From the NCBI RefSeq assembly GCF_006345805.1, contig NC_043003.1, positions 60,574,001-60,638,000 on the forward strand: a stretch of 64,000 nucleotides of DNA. The letters are read 5' to 3'. Source of the DNA: Octopus sinensis (Eukaryota). This document shows positions 50,525 through 62,950 of this stretch, one piece after another. Every line of letters starts with the position of its first letter. The first letter of the stretch is position 1. Under the pieces are notes generated by a model that was given only the letters and a program-made list of their open reading frames with translations, was not told the DNA's origin and ran no database searches. The position numbers and the translations under genes were made by a program.

Positions 50525-51403
50525 TAAACAGTAAAGCGAGTAGCCACATCAAAGTGGCAGATGGATGTTACTTCGGATCTAGTTTTTTCATTCGCAAAAT
50601 ATGCATTTTTTAAAAGACAGTAAAACAATCTGAAAATCGACTATGATAACGTAGCCTTCCAGTCTCATTGCTTTGAAGGGATGATGTTGTGAAGAAATAA
50701 TTGGAGAAAATCTTACAGAGGTTTAAAAATCGAGAAAACTGTATATTTTCAGCCAATAGCGAAACAAAAATTTTCTGCGTTTAGCGGAACGGTGTAAACT
50801 TTAAGATTGTACCCTGTGAAATTCAGAGTTTAGCATCTGACCTGTTCGTTGTAGGTTTCTAAATAAGCAGAAATACCTAATAAAATCAACCTGTATCATC
50901 CTACTGTATCTTTTGTCTCCTCATTGATTGTATGTTTTTTTTAAAACTTGTTATATTAATATATTTGTCTGTATGTGTTTACTTTATGAGTATTTCAGTA
51001 TTATGATTACCTGACATGTATTTGTGTACATCATTAATAGATAAGTGTGTGTGTAAAAAGTGGAGGCGTCTACTTCAAACACTTCAAAGCTGAGTGGCAT
51101 TTTCATGCTTGGATTTGTAAACTACGATAAGAATAACACTGGTCAACAAAGAATTTGTCCGAAGAAAAAGAACACTTGTATCTTATATGTTTTTGTGAAA
51201 TGTTCTTAATTAGCAACGAACATTTTGTTGTGAATGTTGAATTACTGATTATATTTACACTAATTAATGTTGGAAGAAATCACCTTAATTTGCAATAAAA
51301 ATACTTTAAAAAATGAAAACCAGCTTGTGGAGAATCCGCCTGGGGTTAAACTAGTAAAAACATTCATCTGCCACTTTGATGTGACCACTCGCTTTACTGT
51401 TTA
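50525..51403. mobile_element. 879-bp non-autonomous TIR element (45-bp TIRs)
   Basis: 50525-50569 vs reverse complement of 51359-51403, 42/45 identical (TAAACAGTAAAGCGAGT..CACATCAAAGTGGCAGATG); no ORF. Confidence 0.85.
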
Positions 51404-51419
51404 CATATGAATATATATA

Positions 51420-51640
51420 TTCTTTTATTCTTATACTTGTTTCAGTCATTTGACTGCGACCATGCTGGAGCACCGCCTTTAGTCGAGCAAATCGACCCAG
51501 GACTTATTATTTGTAAACCTAGTACTTATTCTATCGGTATCCTTCGCCAAACCGCTACGTTACAGGGACGTAAATGCACCAGCATCGGTTATCAAGCGAT
51601 GTTGGGGGTGGGGACAAACACAGACTCACAAACATACGCA
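51420..51640 (-). mobile_element. SINE family A, 3' half
   Basis: Reverse complement of the 3' part; head absent. Confidence 0.85.
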
Positions 51641-51644
51641 CACC

Positions 51645-51682
<38 letters not shown>

Positions 51683-52772
51683 CATATATATATATATAAT
51701 GTATATATACGTATATATATATATATGTATATATATTAATATATATATATATATGCACATATACATTATATACATACATATATATATTTATAAATATATA
51801 TATATATTATTCATATTATTAGAGTTGGTATGTAAAAGCACGTGGTTGGATGTATAAAATGCTAAATAGAATGGAAAAGCTACAGAAGATTTGTATTGTA
51901 TGGTTAAGATATATATTAAACTCGTCATGTTAGGAAAATGTTATAAAATTTTGTGTATAGTGACATCATTTTTGGAGAAATAACCGGTTCCATATTTTCT
52001 TTTCAAATTTCTCAAATTTCTTTTCAAATATCTCATACGCAGCGTCTTTCAGAGCCTGTCACAAATTCAGTTCTTAACATTTTTGAAGAGGACTCGTCCC
52101 TAGCTACATTTTGACATAAGAAAAATGATATTTGATCCAGTAGAAAAAAGTTTACATCAAAATTTGTAGCAACGTCATAGGAGAGCAACTAACGCCACCA
52201 ATCAAGTTTAGATCTAAACTCTGTTTTTTAATTTTAAAAGCAAAGTATATTTATCTTGGTTTGAATGGTAGAAGTAAGCATGAAGAATTTTATAGTTTTG
52301 GTTCCATGCAACAAAAATTTATATCAAAATTGTTGTGAGATAAAATATTATGAAAAAATATAAGTAAGGCAAAAAATTGGATTTTAAGTATAATTAATTT
52401 TTTTTTAATTTTAAAACCAAACTATATTTTATTTAAGCTTAAATGATAGAGCTCAATTCGAGGAATTTCATGGTATCAATCTTATGCAATGAAATTTTGA
52501 AAGAAATAAGTTATAGGCGTAGAATACCTTACCAAAGGGAAGGTCAGAGATCAGATAACTATTTTGATGCTTTCTAGATAAAGTCAATTTAAATTTAGAA
52601 TATTCTACAGCACGAAAGAACTGTACATTAGCAAAAATAACTTGCTTATTAGACACTGGAAAAATAATTCATTTAGAAGAACTACGCCATTTAGCATTTA
52701 TCTAAAAGTATGTCTCTGCAGAAAATTGTTTAACGGAGAAGAGTAAACTTATATTAATAGTTTCCTGTTTGT

Positions 52773-52935
52773 TTCAGCTGTACGTCCTGAGTTCAAATTC
52801 CGCCGAGGTCGACTTTGCTTTTTATTCTTTCGGAGTCGATTAAATAAGTACCAGTTATGCACTGGGACCGATGTAATCTACTTAATCTCTTTGTTTGTCC
52901 CCTCTATGTTTAGCCCCCTGTGGGCAATAAAGAAA
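52773..52935 (+). mobile_element. SINE family B (5'-truncated)
   Basis: GAGTTCAAATTCCGCCGAGGTCGAC...TAAATAAGTACCAG...TTTAGCCCC. Confidence 0.85.
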
Positions 52936-53003
52936 TAATTATTATATGTAATATAATATGTATATAATATATTTATGTGGTGGGTACACGCATACACCAT
53001 ATA

Positions 53004-53712
53004 TATATTTTACTCTTTTATTTGTTTTAGTCATTTGACTGCGGTCATGCTGGCGAACCACCTTTTGATCGGACAAATCCCCCCAGGACTTATTCTTGGT
53101 AAGCCTACACATATTCTATCGGGTCTCTTTTTGCCAAACCGCTAATTTACGGAGATGTAAACACACTGACATCGGTTGTCAAGCGATGGTGGGGGGGGGG
53201 GCAAACACATACACACACACACACACACAGTGAAGGCGCATGGCTCAGTGGTTAGAGCGTCGAGCTTACGATCGTGAGGTTGTGAGTTCCAATCCCGGAC
53301 CGGGCTGCGAGTTGTTTTCTTGAGCAAGACACTTTATTTCACGTTAACTCAGCTGTAGAAATGAGTTGCGACGTCACACAGGCCAAGCTGTATCGGTCCC
53401 TTTGCCTTTCCCTTGGATAACATCGGTGGCATAAAGAGGGGAGGCCGTTATGCATGGGCGACTGCTGGTCTTCCGTAAAAACAAACTTGCCGGACTTGTG
53501 CCTGGAAGGGTAACTTTCTAGGTGCAATCCCATGGTCAGTCATGACCGAAGGGGGTCTCATATATATATATATATATACACACGGGCTTCTTTCTATTTC
53601 CGTCTACGAAATCCACTCTCAAGGCTTTGGTCGGCCCGAGGCAATAGTAGAAGACACTTGCCCAAAATTTCACGCAGTGGGATGGACCTGGAACCAAATG
53701 GTTGGTAAGCTA
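53004..53712 (-). mobile_element. SINE family A split by a family C insertion (3' half 53004-53205, head 53583-53712)
   Basis: Both halves are on the minus strand in the correct order, separated by microsatellite plus the family C copy. Confidence 0.85.
53232..53559 (+). mobile_element. SINE family C
   Basis: GGCTCAGTGGTTAGAGCG...GAGTTCCAATCCC...CTTGAGCAAGACACTTTATTTCACG...CATGACCGAAGGGGGTCTC. Confidence 0.92.
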
Positions 53713-53883
53713 GCTATGCACAAACAAAAAGCAGATATAGAATGGCAAGTTAAAAAACGTATTAAATGCACAGACGAACGGTAAACAGACACAGAAGGTC
53801 CCAATTCCTCATCTGTTATCGGCCAGTGAGTGAGTCAAGGACAATTTCGTGCCTTTAACACACACTCACACACACACATACAA

Positions 53884-54121
53884 CAGGGCGTTCAAAAAGT
53901 CTCTCCGCATTAAGTATTTTATTGCCAAATAGATATTTGTAAGATGGTACAAGACTACAAAAGAATATATTAGACATTACAAAACTTTAAAACAAATTTA
54001 TAAGAGGTCATCCTTTATATGTGTCGTCCTCCATTTTCAGTACATAAACTGATTCTTCTACACATGTTTCGAAATACATCTTGGAGAAAAAATTCACTGC
54101 GGTGAGACTTTTGGGACACTC

Positions 54122-54123
<2 letters not shown>
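53884..54123. mobile_element. Tc1/mariner-type MITE (internal deletion derivative)
   Basis: 26-bp TIRs CAGGGCGTTCAAAAAGTCTCTCCGCA vs reverse complement CAGAGTGTCCCAAAAGTCTCACCGCA (21/26); minus-strand relic LCTENGGRHI resembles a transposase C-terminus. Confidence 0.7.
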
Positions 54124-54166
<43 letters not shown>

Positions 54167-54267
54167 AAATCAATAATAATAAAGGGCAAAATTAATTAAT
54201 CAATTAATAATTTTACCAAGTAGTTCGGTATGTTAAAAGAACCATTATCGGTAAACTTATACAAAAA

Positions 54268-54516
54268 TTCTATAATTATGAGTATAATTATAATTAGGGT
54301 TCATCAAAAATTTGCTTCATCACATACCGAAATTTAGAAATAGCAGTTAAAATACTATTCTGCTACCATAAGATATCTCCCTGACAGCAATACTCTACAA
54401 ATGGGAGATATCTTATGGTAGCAGAATAGTATATTAACTGCTATTTCTAAATTTCGGTATGTGGTGAAGCAAATTTTTGTTGAAACCTAATTATAATTAT
54501 GCTCATAATTATAGAA
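54268..54516. repeat. Long hairpin: 114-bp arms, 21-nt loop
   Basis: 54268-54381 vs 54403-54516, 109/114 complementary. Confidence 0.95.
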
Positions 54517-55110
54517 ATTATATATATATATATATTGTGTGGTATTTCTTCAGCCTCGAGTTGTACAAACAGCCCCTTGTTAGTTTCTCCAGATATGCAA
54601 TATAGATATGCAGTAAATGAGTGAATGGCCTGTTGCAATTCTGTAACTAATGACGCCATAAGATTAATTCAATGCGATATAAAATAAGTAATTTAAACGG
54701 CCGACATGGAAAAAGAAAAAAAAAAAGATCGCAATCAAATCAAGACCTTTCCTCTTGTCTGCAACTGTTGTTCTTTTACATCTTTCAGTCATTGGAATGC
54801 AACCATGTTGGGGCAACGCCCTGAAAGGTTTGGTCGAACAGATCAAATCTAGTAGATAGTTTTTAAAGGCAGATACTTATTCATCTCTATTTTTTTTTGC
54901 TAAAACAGCTGAGTTGAAGGGGTGAAGACATAAACGTCCACTTGTCATGTGGAACAAATACACACATGTATCCAAATACATATATGAAAACAAAATCAGT
55001 GGAAACGAACTCGGAACCAGATAGTTACGCAGCAGGCTTCTACATACTGGCGTTTCTATATTTAATGCAGCTATATATATATATATATATATGTTTAGCA
55101 GACGAGGAGT

Positions 55111-55161
55111 CAAGTATTGAGGAGTGGTAGAAATAGCCCGAAACCAGGACTGGTATACTGG
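55111..55161 (+). ncRNA. Degenerate type I hammerhead ribozyme with all three helices recognisable
   Basis: CAAGTA-TTGAGGA-GTGGTA(GAAA)TAGCCC-GAAA-CCAG-GA-CTGG-TA-TACTGG: helix I 5/6, helix II 4/6 with GAAA tetraloop, helix III, GUA site; C3 mutated to U. Confidence 0.65.
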
Positions 55162-55386
55162 TCCTGTCGCTAGAAGGTGGTAGAGGTTCGCTCCCCTGCT
55201 CGCAATTTTATCGGACGCAACTGTGCATCGTGAACCAGCTAGAAGAGATGTCCTTTTGGGGTTAAAAGAAAACGCAATAGTGTCCGCTCGAACGGACAGC
55301 CATGTTACAGTGGCTACGAATATTAATTGTCAGTACAACTATTGCGTTGATCTCCTAGAGAAATTTTAGAACCAACATTTTTTCTT

Positions 55387-55432
<46 letters not shown>

Positions 55433-55598
55433 GCGCGTAATCGTATACACACAAACATATAAGCTCTGAGTAACAGTTTTTGTGATATTTACGATGCTTC
55501 CAACAAAGCATATTACTCTACCTCTGGTATTCCAGTACTAGTTTTTCCATCTTGTTTAACATTTATGTACTTACTCCGGCATAAATATATATATATAT

Positions 55599-55966
55599 AG
55601 GAGTGGCTGTGTGGTGAGTAGCTTGCTTACGAACCACATGGTTCCAGGTTCAGTCCCACTGCGTGGCACCTTGGGCAAGTGTCTTCTACTATAGCCTCGG
55701 GCCGACCAAAGCCTTGTGAGTGGATTTGGTAGACGTAAAGTGAAAGAAGCCCGTCGTATATATGTGTGTCTGTGTTTGTCCCCCCAACATCGCTTGACAA
55801 CCGATGCTGATGTGTTTACGTCCCCGTAACTTTTGCCGTAGCTTTGGCAAAAGAGTCCGATAGAATAAGTACTAGACTTACAAAGAAAAGTTCTGGGGTC
55901 GATTTGCTCGACTAAAGGCGGTGCTCCAGCATGGCCACAGTCAATTACTGAAACAAGTAAAAGAGT
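55599..55966 (+). mobile_element. SINE family A, full length with minimal (unexpanded) internal microsatellite
   Basis: Cleanest copy; junction reads CCCGTCGTATATATGTGTGTCTGTGTTTGTCCCCC. Confidence 0.95.
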
Positions 55967-56013
55967 ATACACATACACATGTATGTATGCATGCATGTAC
56001 GTACATATATTAT

Positions 56014-56063
<50 letters not shown>

Positions 56064-56065
<2 letters not shown>

Positions 56066-56225
56066 GACGGCTTCGATACAGTTTCCCCCCCTACCAATCG
56101 ACTTACAGATATTAGTAGACTTGGGGCTATAATAGAAGATACTTGCCCGAGGTTCCGGGCTGCGTGACTGAACCCGAAACTACCAGGTTGTAAAACGAGT
56201 TTTTTTTTAAACGCAGCCATTCCTG
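56064..56225 (-). mobile_element. Diverged SINE family A head
   Basis: ATACGACGGCTTC...GCTATAATAGAAGATACTTGCCCGAGG...GACTGAACCCGAAAC. Confidence 0.7.
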
Positions 56226-58365
56226 CCCTTAATACATAAACTTTAAAAATAAATAAAACATGGCAGCGAGCCTAATTATTGAAATTTACATATTTAAGCT
56301 ATCGTGAGTTGGCAGACTTGGGAAAACTGCTTGTGGAATTTAGTGACATCCCTTCATATCCTGAGATCAAATCTCATCGAGGTCGACTGTCAACTTTGCC
56401 TTTCATCCATCGGAGGTCGAGTATATAAATTACCAGTCATTTAATGAGGATTATTTACTAAGGATCAATTTTATATTCTGTATACTACGAATTTGAGTAG
56501 AATTGTTATGGAAGACTGTAGATTAGTTGATTTCTTCGAGTTTTTGAATAAAATACTCCGTGATATTTACTTATGCCAACTTTGCGTTTGAAGTTCAAAT
56601 CCTGCCAGACTCTTAAAAATACAAGTCGAGTTTTGTGGACAATTTTATTGATTAAGTCATAAGCTGGTGCCCTTGAGCATACCATGATGATAATAATTCT
56701 TAATACTGTCAAACTTGTTAGAGCGCATTCTTTTCATGGCCTTATTTCACTGGGTTCAGTCATCGCACGGCGGCCGTACTGGATCACCACCCTATATCGA
56801 TTCAGGATTTTCTTTGCTACTGCATTTATCGTTATCGTAAGATCATAAAAGAGCAAAATAAATATTACTCTCAGGGCAGATAACTCAGTTCTAGTCATGA
56901 ATGCCGCAGGGTGTTTTTCTTTGAATATACCGATTCTTACCTACGCTAACATGAGTGAGATGGGTTTCCGCGCTGTTTTCTACAATCAATTTTTACTTAC
57001 AAGGTGTCGGTTAATCCGAGGCTATTGTAGAAGATATTCGTCCATTTTATACACGACACTGTGGAAACGAACTCAGAACCAGATAACTTTCTTTATTGGC
57101 CACACAGGGCTGAACACAGAGGGGACAAATACAAATGTAGAGCTTTTATTTTCGAAAATGAAAAAGAAAAGAGAGAAAAAAGGAACAAATGTAAAATTCC
57201 GATCGAAAGGGATCGGGAAAAAAAGCGATCAAAAGAGTTCGTGTATCACAGAAGAAATTTTTAAAAAGAAACAAGATTAGATTTATCCGTGGAAAGAAAA
57301 GCCTACGGAAAAGAATACGGTAACCTCAGGCAGGGAGAAAATAAACACATGAGAGCAAATGCTCTCTCTCTCTCTCCTTTTACGATTTACAGGATCATGC
57401 TCAAAGTGGTTTCGTCGCTCGCACGCACCCTCTTTGCTACATTCAAGTGCAGGAAGCCTCTAAACTATATAGTCATACTTGAATCTATTTTTCTATCACG
57501 TTGCAGATATATACATCTGGTAAATATATACTTGGCCATTAATAATGTGAGTACCCGTATAAATGTTATGAGTTACGAATTAATATGGACTGCAGACAAT
57601 TTGGTATTTCTTTTAAATTACACCAAACAACTGTGAGTGACCAGGGAGACATTGGAAAATGCAGGCGCAGAAAGCCATGCCTTGAAAATAAAATGGCTGG
57701 ATGATTAAAGCTGGAATACTTGTGATCATAGTTCTGACTGGGGCCAAACAACAATTTAACCATAGCTTGTCTTCATAGGCTATCTTACGGATTATGGGAT
57801 TTCATATTTACAAATATCTGCATTTTATGCAATTCAGTTAAGTGTCTCATGGTTTTGCATTCGAATACTCTTTTGCTCAGGTTTTACTTAATAAAATACG
57901 ATGAAAGAGGTTATCAGTGAGTATGTCAGGGAAGAGTTATTGCCATATAATTATCTACACGGCTTTTAGAGCGATGTTATCTCTGATCATGCCTTGCTGT
58001 TTTTCATTCACTGCGTTTTGTGTGTGTGCGTACGTGCGTGTGCGTATCTGTGAAAACAGTGACAAATAAGGAAAAGTGAGTTGAAAGCATATGTTTGAGC
58101 GAAGCCAAAATATTCCCGTGTAGAAACAGTATGACTGCAGATAATCTAAGATTAAACCAGTGAAAGCATAGTTGAGATCAAATTGCTACCGCTTTAACAG
58201 AAGCTGGTAGTCATAAACTAAACACAAACTACCATTCCATTCATGAACCTCAATGAACTCTTGATCCAGTAATTAAGTCTCGCCGATCTAAAAAGATAAG
58301 AGACAGTTTCTCCTCGGAAAGGAAAGCAGCTTGTTTTGGTTGCTCTTTCGTTATTAATCGGCGAA

Positions 58366-58745
58366 GTAAGGCGATGAGCTGGCAGAATCGTTAGCAAAAG
58401 GACAACCTGAGTTCAAATTCCAGCGAGGCTGACTTTGCCTTTCATCCTTTCCAGGTCGATAAAATAAGTACCAGTTGAGCACTGGCGTCGATGTAATCGA
58501 CTAACACCTTACCCCAAAATTTCAAGCCTTGTCCCTATAGCAGAAAGAATTGTTACGTCTGCAAGTAAGGTGCAAAGCTGGTGCGTCGACCAGATTGCTT
58601 AGCAGCATTTCTTCCGATGTTTTACATTTTGAGTTCAAATTCCACTGAGGTTAACGCTACCTTTCATTTTCTTCGGGGTCGATAAAATAAAGTTCCACTA
58701 ATGTACTAGATTCGATTGCATGGCTTGTGCCAAAATGAGAAAGAA
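58366..58745 (+). mobile_element. Two tandem SINE family B copies (58366-58550, 58570-58745)
   Basis: Both carry GAGTTCAAATTCC...CTTTCAT...GGTCGATAAAATAA. Confidence 0.85.
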
Positions 58746-59825
58746 TGATTACGTCAGCAAGCAAGTATAGTGAAATTCAAAAGCTATGTTCAACTGATGA
58801 GGTGAGAATAAGATCGAAACAATTATGGAATTTTCTTCCGTAATCACTGGCATCTAATACGTTTATTTCTATTTACTTTTGTGAGTATCCCTTTAAAAAT
58901 GTAAACAAGCATATATTCCCTGATATTTTGGCACCTGTTGCCAATAAATAGATTAAACAAGAAGAATATATTTATCTATGCAGAGACATGATCAAATGCT
59001 TGCAATGGATTTGAACTGCGAACCAACTGAAGTCAAATACTACAAGATATCCGCCATTTCACCTATTCCATCATGGAATAACTCGTTATAAATTAATAAC
59101 CAATTATAAATTGATACAGACTAGATTGCTTATTTGATTTTACCTGCGCCATCTTCACACACAGACAAAAAAAGAAAAACAGGAGTGTTTCTATAAAAAT
59201 AAGTCATTATTTTGATGTCATGTGGTTATTCTGCAGAGAAATATCATTTTCATCCAAGAGTAATTTCCGTGGAATCATGAATGCTACAGAATTGAAACAA
59301 TTCCAGCTGGGTGATAATGGTTTCCAATATGTTGCGATCTCCCAGTTTGAAGCAGATATATGACTATAAATTAAAATTTATCTTAGTAAACATTCTTTCA
59401 CTAGAAGATTCCCGCTGTTACACATCTGTCACATATACATATAACGATTCACTTCATAAAATGACTGATTAACATCAGCCCTTGTTATTTATATATTGAA
59501 TTCAGCATTTATCATTTTTCTATTTGTCGCTTCACTAATCCCTGCCATTGTTCCGAGATTTTTTTTTCATTTCTTATTTCCGTCAACACCTCCGCATTTG
59601 GGTTGATTTTGTAATGGTGCCATTTCGCTGCACCCTCTAATTTATTTTCTAAACCCGTTGATAAATATAGGAAGAAGCTGGTAATTTGATCGCTTTGGAT
59701 AACACATGCCAGATGAAGTGAAACAAATTAAAATTCAAGAGAAGGTTTTACAGGGACTTTTCGCGCTGATCCAGAAGTAGGGATTCCTTGATTGTGTTTA
59801 TAATGTCACAAATGTTAGCGACACC

Positions 59826-59918
59826 AGCAGTAGCAACAGCAGCAGCAACAGCAGCAACAGCAGCAGCGGCGGTAGTAATAGTAGTAGTAGTAGTAGTGGT
59901 AGTAGCAGCAGCAGCAGT

Positions 59919-59950
<32 letters not shown>

Positions 59951-60019
59951 CAGTAGTAGTAGTAGTAGTTGTTGTTGTTGTTGTTGTAGTAGTAATAGTA
60001 GTAGTAGTATTAGTAGCAC

Positions 60020-60055
<36 letters not shown>

Positions 60056-60091
60056 TAGTAGTAGCAGCAGCAGCAGCAGTAGTCAGCGGCA
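59826..60091. repeat. (AGC/AGT/GTT)n trinucleotide mosaic
   Basis: Directly visible; runs into the SINE B head. Confidence 0.95.
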
Positions 60092-60240
60092 GCAGCGAGC
60101 TGGCAGAACCGTTAGAGCATCGGATGAAATGCTTAGCGGGCATTGCTTCCGGTTCTTTACGTTCTGTGTTCAAATTCTGCCAAGGTCGACTTTTCCTTTC
60201 ATCCTTTCCAACAAAATAAGTACCAGTTGAACACTTGGGT
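60092..60240 (+). mobile_element. SINE family B
   Basis: GCGAGCTGGCAGAACCGTTAG...GTTCAAATTC...AAAATAAGTACCAG. Confidence 0.88.
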
Positions 60241-60400
60241 TTACGTGAGCAATTCAAACCCTGCCCTAAACAACAGCAACAACAATAACAAATTCAAGCT
60301 TACGAGTGAGGTTATACATTATTATACAATCAGAAGTAAAAGCAACATTTCCATTAACCAGAAGAGAAAGAGAGAGAGTAGCATCCACAAAACTTTGCAG

Positions 60401-60507
60401 GGTTCCTAAAAGGAGGATGTTATCTGCAGACCGATGATCCAACTAAAATATTTGTCACTGGGCAAACTCCGCTAAAGGCTAACCCAAAGGGCGAGCGGCA
60501 GTGCTAA
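60401..60507 (+). CDS. Candidate terminal coding exon, unidentified
   Basis: Acceptor CTTTGCAG|GG; longest open frame xFLKGGCYLQTDDPTKIFVTGQTPLKANPKGERQC*; phase compatible with 41195-41311. Confidence 0.2.
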
Positions 60508-61789
60508 ACCGAGTGACGCATTAAGTGAACTTCCATGTTTGTATCGACAATGATATCTGCCTACAATATTATCCTGACAACTAATTCGGAATAAATTATG
60601 AGATTTGTCAGAAGTGTACACAATTCAGCTTATATTTTCTTTGTAGATTGAATGGCGGGAAATTATTTACTTTGCACTGCAACAGTCATGAGAAAACTAA
60701 ATAGAATTCTTCTTTAGAGCTACCGAAACGTAGCTATATTTATCAAATTCTAGCCAACATTTCCAGTACTCCGAACCAAGCCAAATTGAATCACGCTTCA
60801 GTGCCACATACATTTACCAATTTGTGCCAACGCCCGCACAAGAGATCAAATTATTTCTGTTCATCTTTCTCGAAGAAACGCAATAATTTCAACCTAGGCT
60901 CTTGACATACTTTTTTTCATGTAAAAGGCATTAGAAAACAGTTGTCCAGTATGAGATATCATTACCGAAATAGACGGCTCTGCTTGATGCAGTCAATAAG
61001 TGTGATAAATAAACTAACATATTCGACAGCCATTTTAAACACTCATTTTATATAAGATTGACAACAATAGTAGATAGAGGCATGTCAAGAAATCTAATCC
61101 TCCAACAGGAAATAGATCGTTATTTGATAGACAGGTTTTCCGAAAGTTATTTCTGTTACACGACGAAGAGCAAGAGAAGTAAAAAATCCTGCTTAAGTAA
61201 ACATATATGATCCAGTTTCAGTTCCCAATTCTGGCTATTTCACTCCATTTACGTTGCTAATTCCCTAAGAAAGAAAAAAAAAGACTTCCTACTTATCTAT
61301 TCCTGTCTTAGCATCTGGATGAATAAAATCAATTATCACGACAGAATGAGCTAGAGCAACTGCTAATGTCCACCAAATATATGTATTTTATAGTTTTGCT
61401 GCCTGTTGTACTTATTTCATTTTATTGACACAGCCAATTATCGCAGACAAGCATGCACATCACAAACTCACACAACTTAGCGAACGGAATGACCGTTTAA
61501 TTATTAAGTGAACTCTCTCTTTAATGCTAGAAATGAGTCCTAGGTAAATCAAATGTATGATACGTTTCCTACCCTTATTTATATATGTTTTGCATTTTTT
61601 ATCAAGCGGTGGCGTTGATTATAGGTTCCCGATGGACCAAGCACTGATTCTTAACATTTTCATAGCGGGAGTTGAAAGGGATAAAAACAAAATGCATGTT
61701 TTTCCGACAATAGAGCAATGAAGTATTATTGTTTAACACATTACTGTATCGGCTATTTTTTCTTCGATATGAACATCTTTCACTTGCAC

Positions 61790-61827
<38 letters not shown>

Positions 61828-61851
61828 ATGTGCAAGCGCATATATATATAT

Positions 61852-62156
61852 GGAGGCGCAATGGCCCAGTGGTTAGTGCAGCGGACTCGCGGTCGTAGGA
61901 TCGCGGTTTCGATTCCCAGACCGGGCGTTGTGTGTGTTTATAGAGCGAAAACACCTAAAAGCTCCACGAGGCTCCGGCAGGGGGTGGTGATCCCTGCTGT
62001 ACTCTCTCACCACTCATTCTCTCACTCTTTCTTCTGTTGGCCTGCTCGCTTAGCCAGCGGGGTGGCGTCATTCGAAGGCTAAAACAATGCGAAATGCATT
62101 GTGACCAGCGATGTGTAGCAACATCTGATAGTCTGGTCGGTCACGTGATCACGTGA
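61852..62156 (+). mobile_element. tRNA-derived SINE 'family D', full length
   Basis: GGAGGCGCAATGGCCCAGTGGTTAG (A-box), GGTTTCGATTCCC (B-box), 3' end GTCGGTCACGTGATCACGTGA; its 3' end also at 44995-45108. Confidence 0.92.
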
Positions 62157-62291
62157 TATATATATATATACATACACATATATATGTACATAGATATATA
62201 TATGTACATACATATATATATATATATATACATACATATATATATATATATAAATATTCATATATTCATATACTTACAGAAACACATACAC

Positions 62292-62334
<43 letters not shown>

Positions 62335-62864
62335 AATATGGATTCAGAGAATCAAGCAGCATTCACAGTAAGCTCTACAATCGAAATTGCTATCAGTGTA
62401 TGTATGAATCAATTACTGTTTATTGCTATGTAATATGTCCGTATAATAGAAAATCCAGGAAATCCGAATAATAAATTCTTCGCAATGAGTAAATAAAGCA
62501 TAAAATTAAGCGGTGTGAGAGTTAAAGATAGATTTATTTTTCTATATCACTTCCATATGATTACAGCCGTTTCGTAACTTTCATCATATGATATTATTAA
62601 TTTCGGTATGCAAAATTAAATGTAGATGTTTACATTAATACGTATATTCAGTATTATACAATACATTTGCATATTCACAAATTGAAGCAGATAAAGAATA
62701 TCAATTGATCATATCACCAGAGTATCACTTATTTCTCTCTCTCCCCCTCTTTCTCCCCTCTCCCTCCTCCTCTCCCATTTCTCTCACGTGCAAGCTCTGT
62801 CTATGTATACATACATGCATATGCCTTATATATACATATATATATATGTATATATATATATATT

Positions 62865-62950
<86 letters not shown>

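Noticed and set aside
53232-53305. tRNA genes (also 27215-27282, 49560-49637, 61852-61925)
   Set aside because: They have A/B boxes but incomplete cloverleaves, and each continues into a SINE body.
59237-59363. Frame ending QYVAISQFEAD, resembling M1 aminopeptidase YxAxTQFE
   Set aside because: The diagnostic AR..FPCFDEP continuation is absent, and a stop follows without a donor site.
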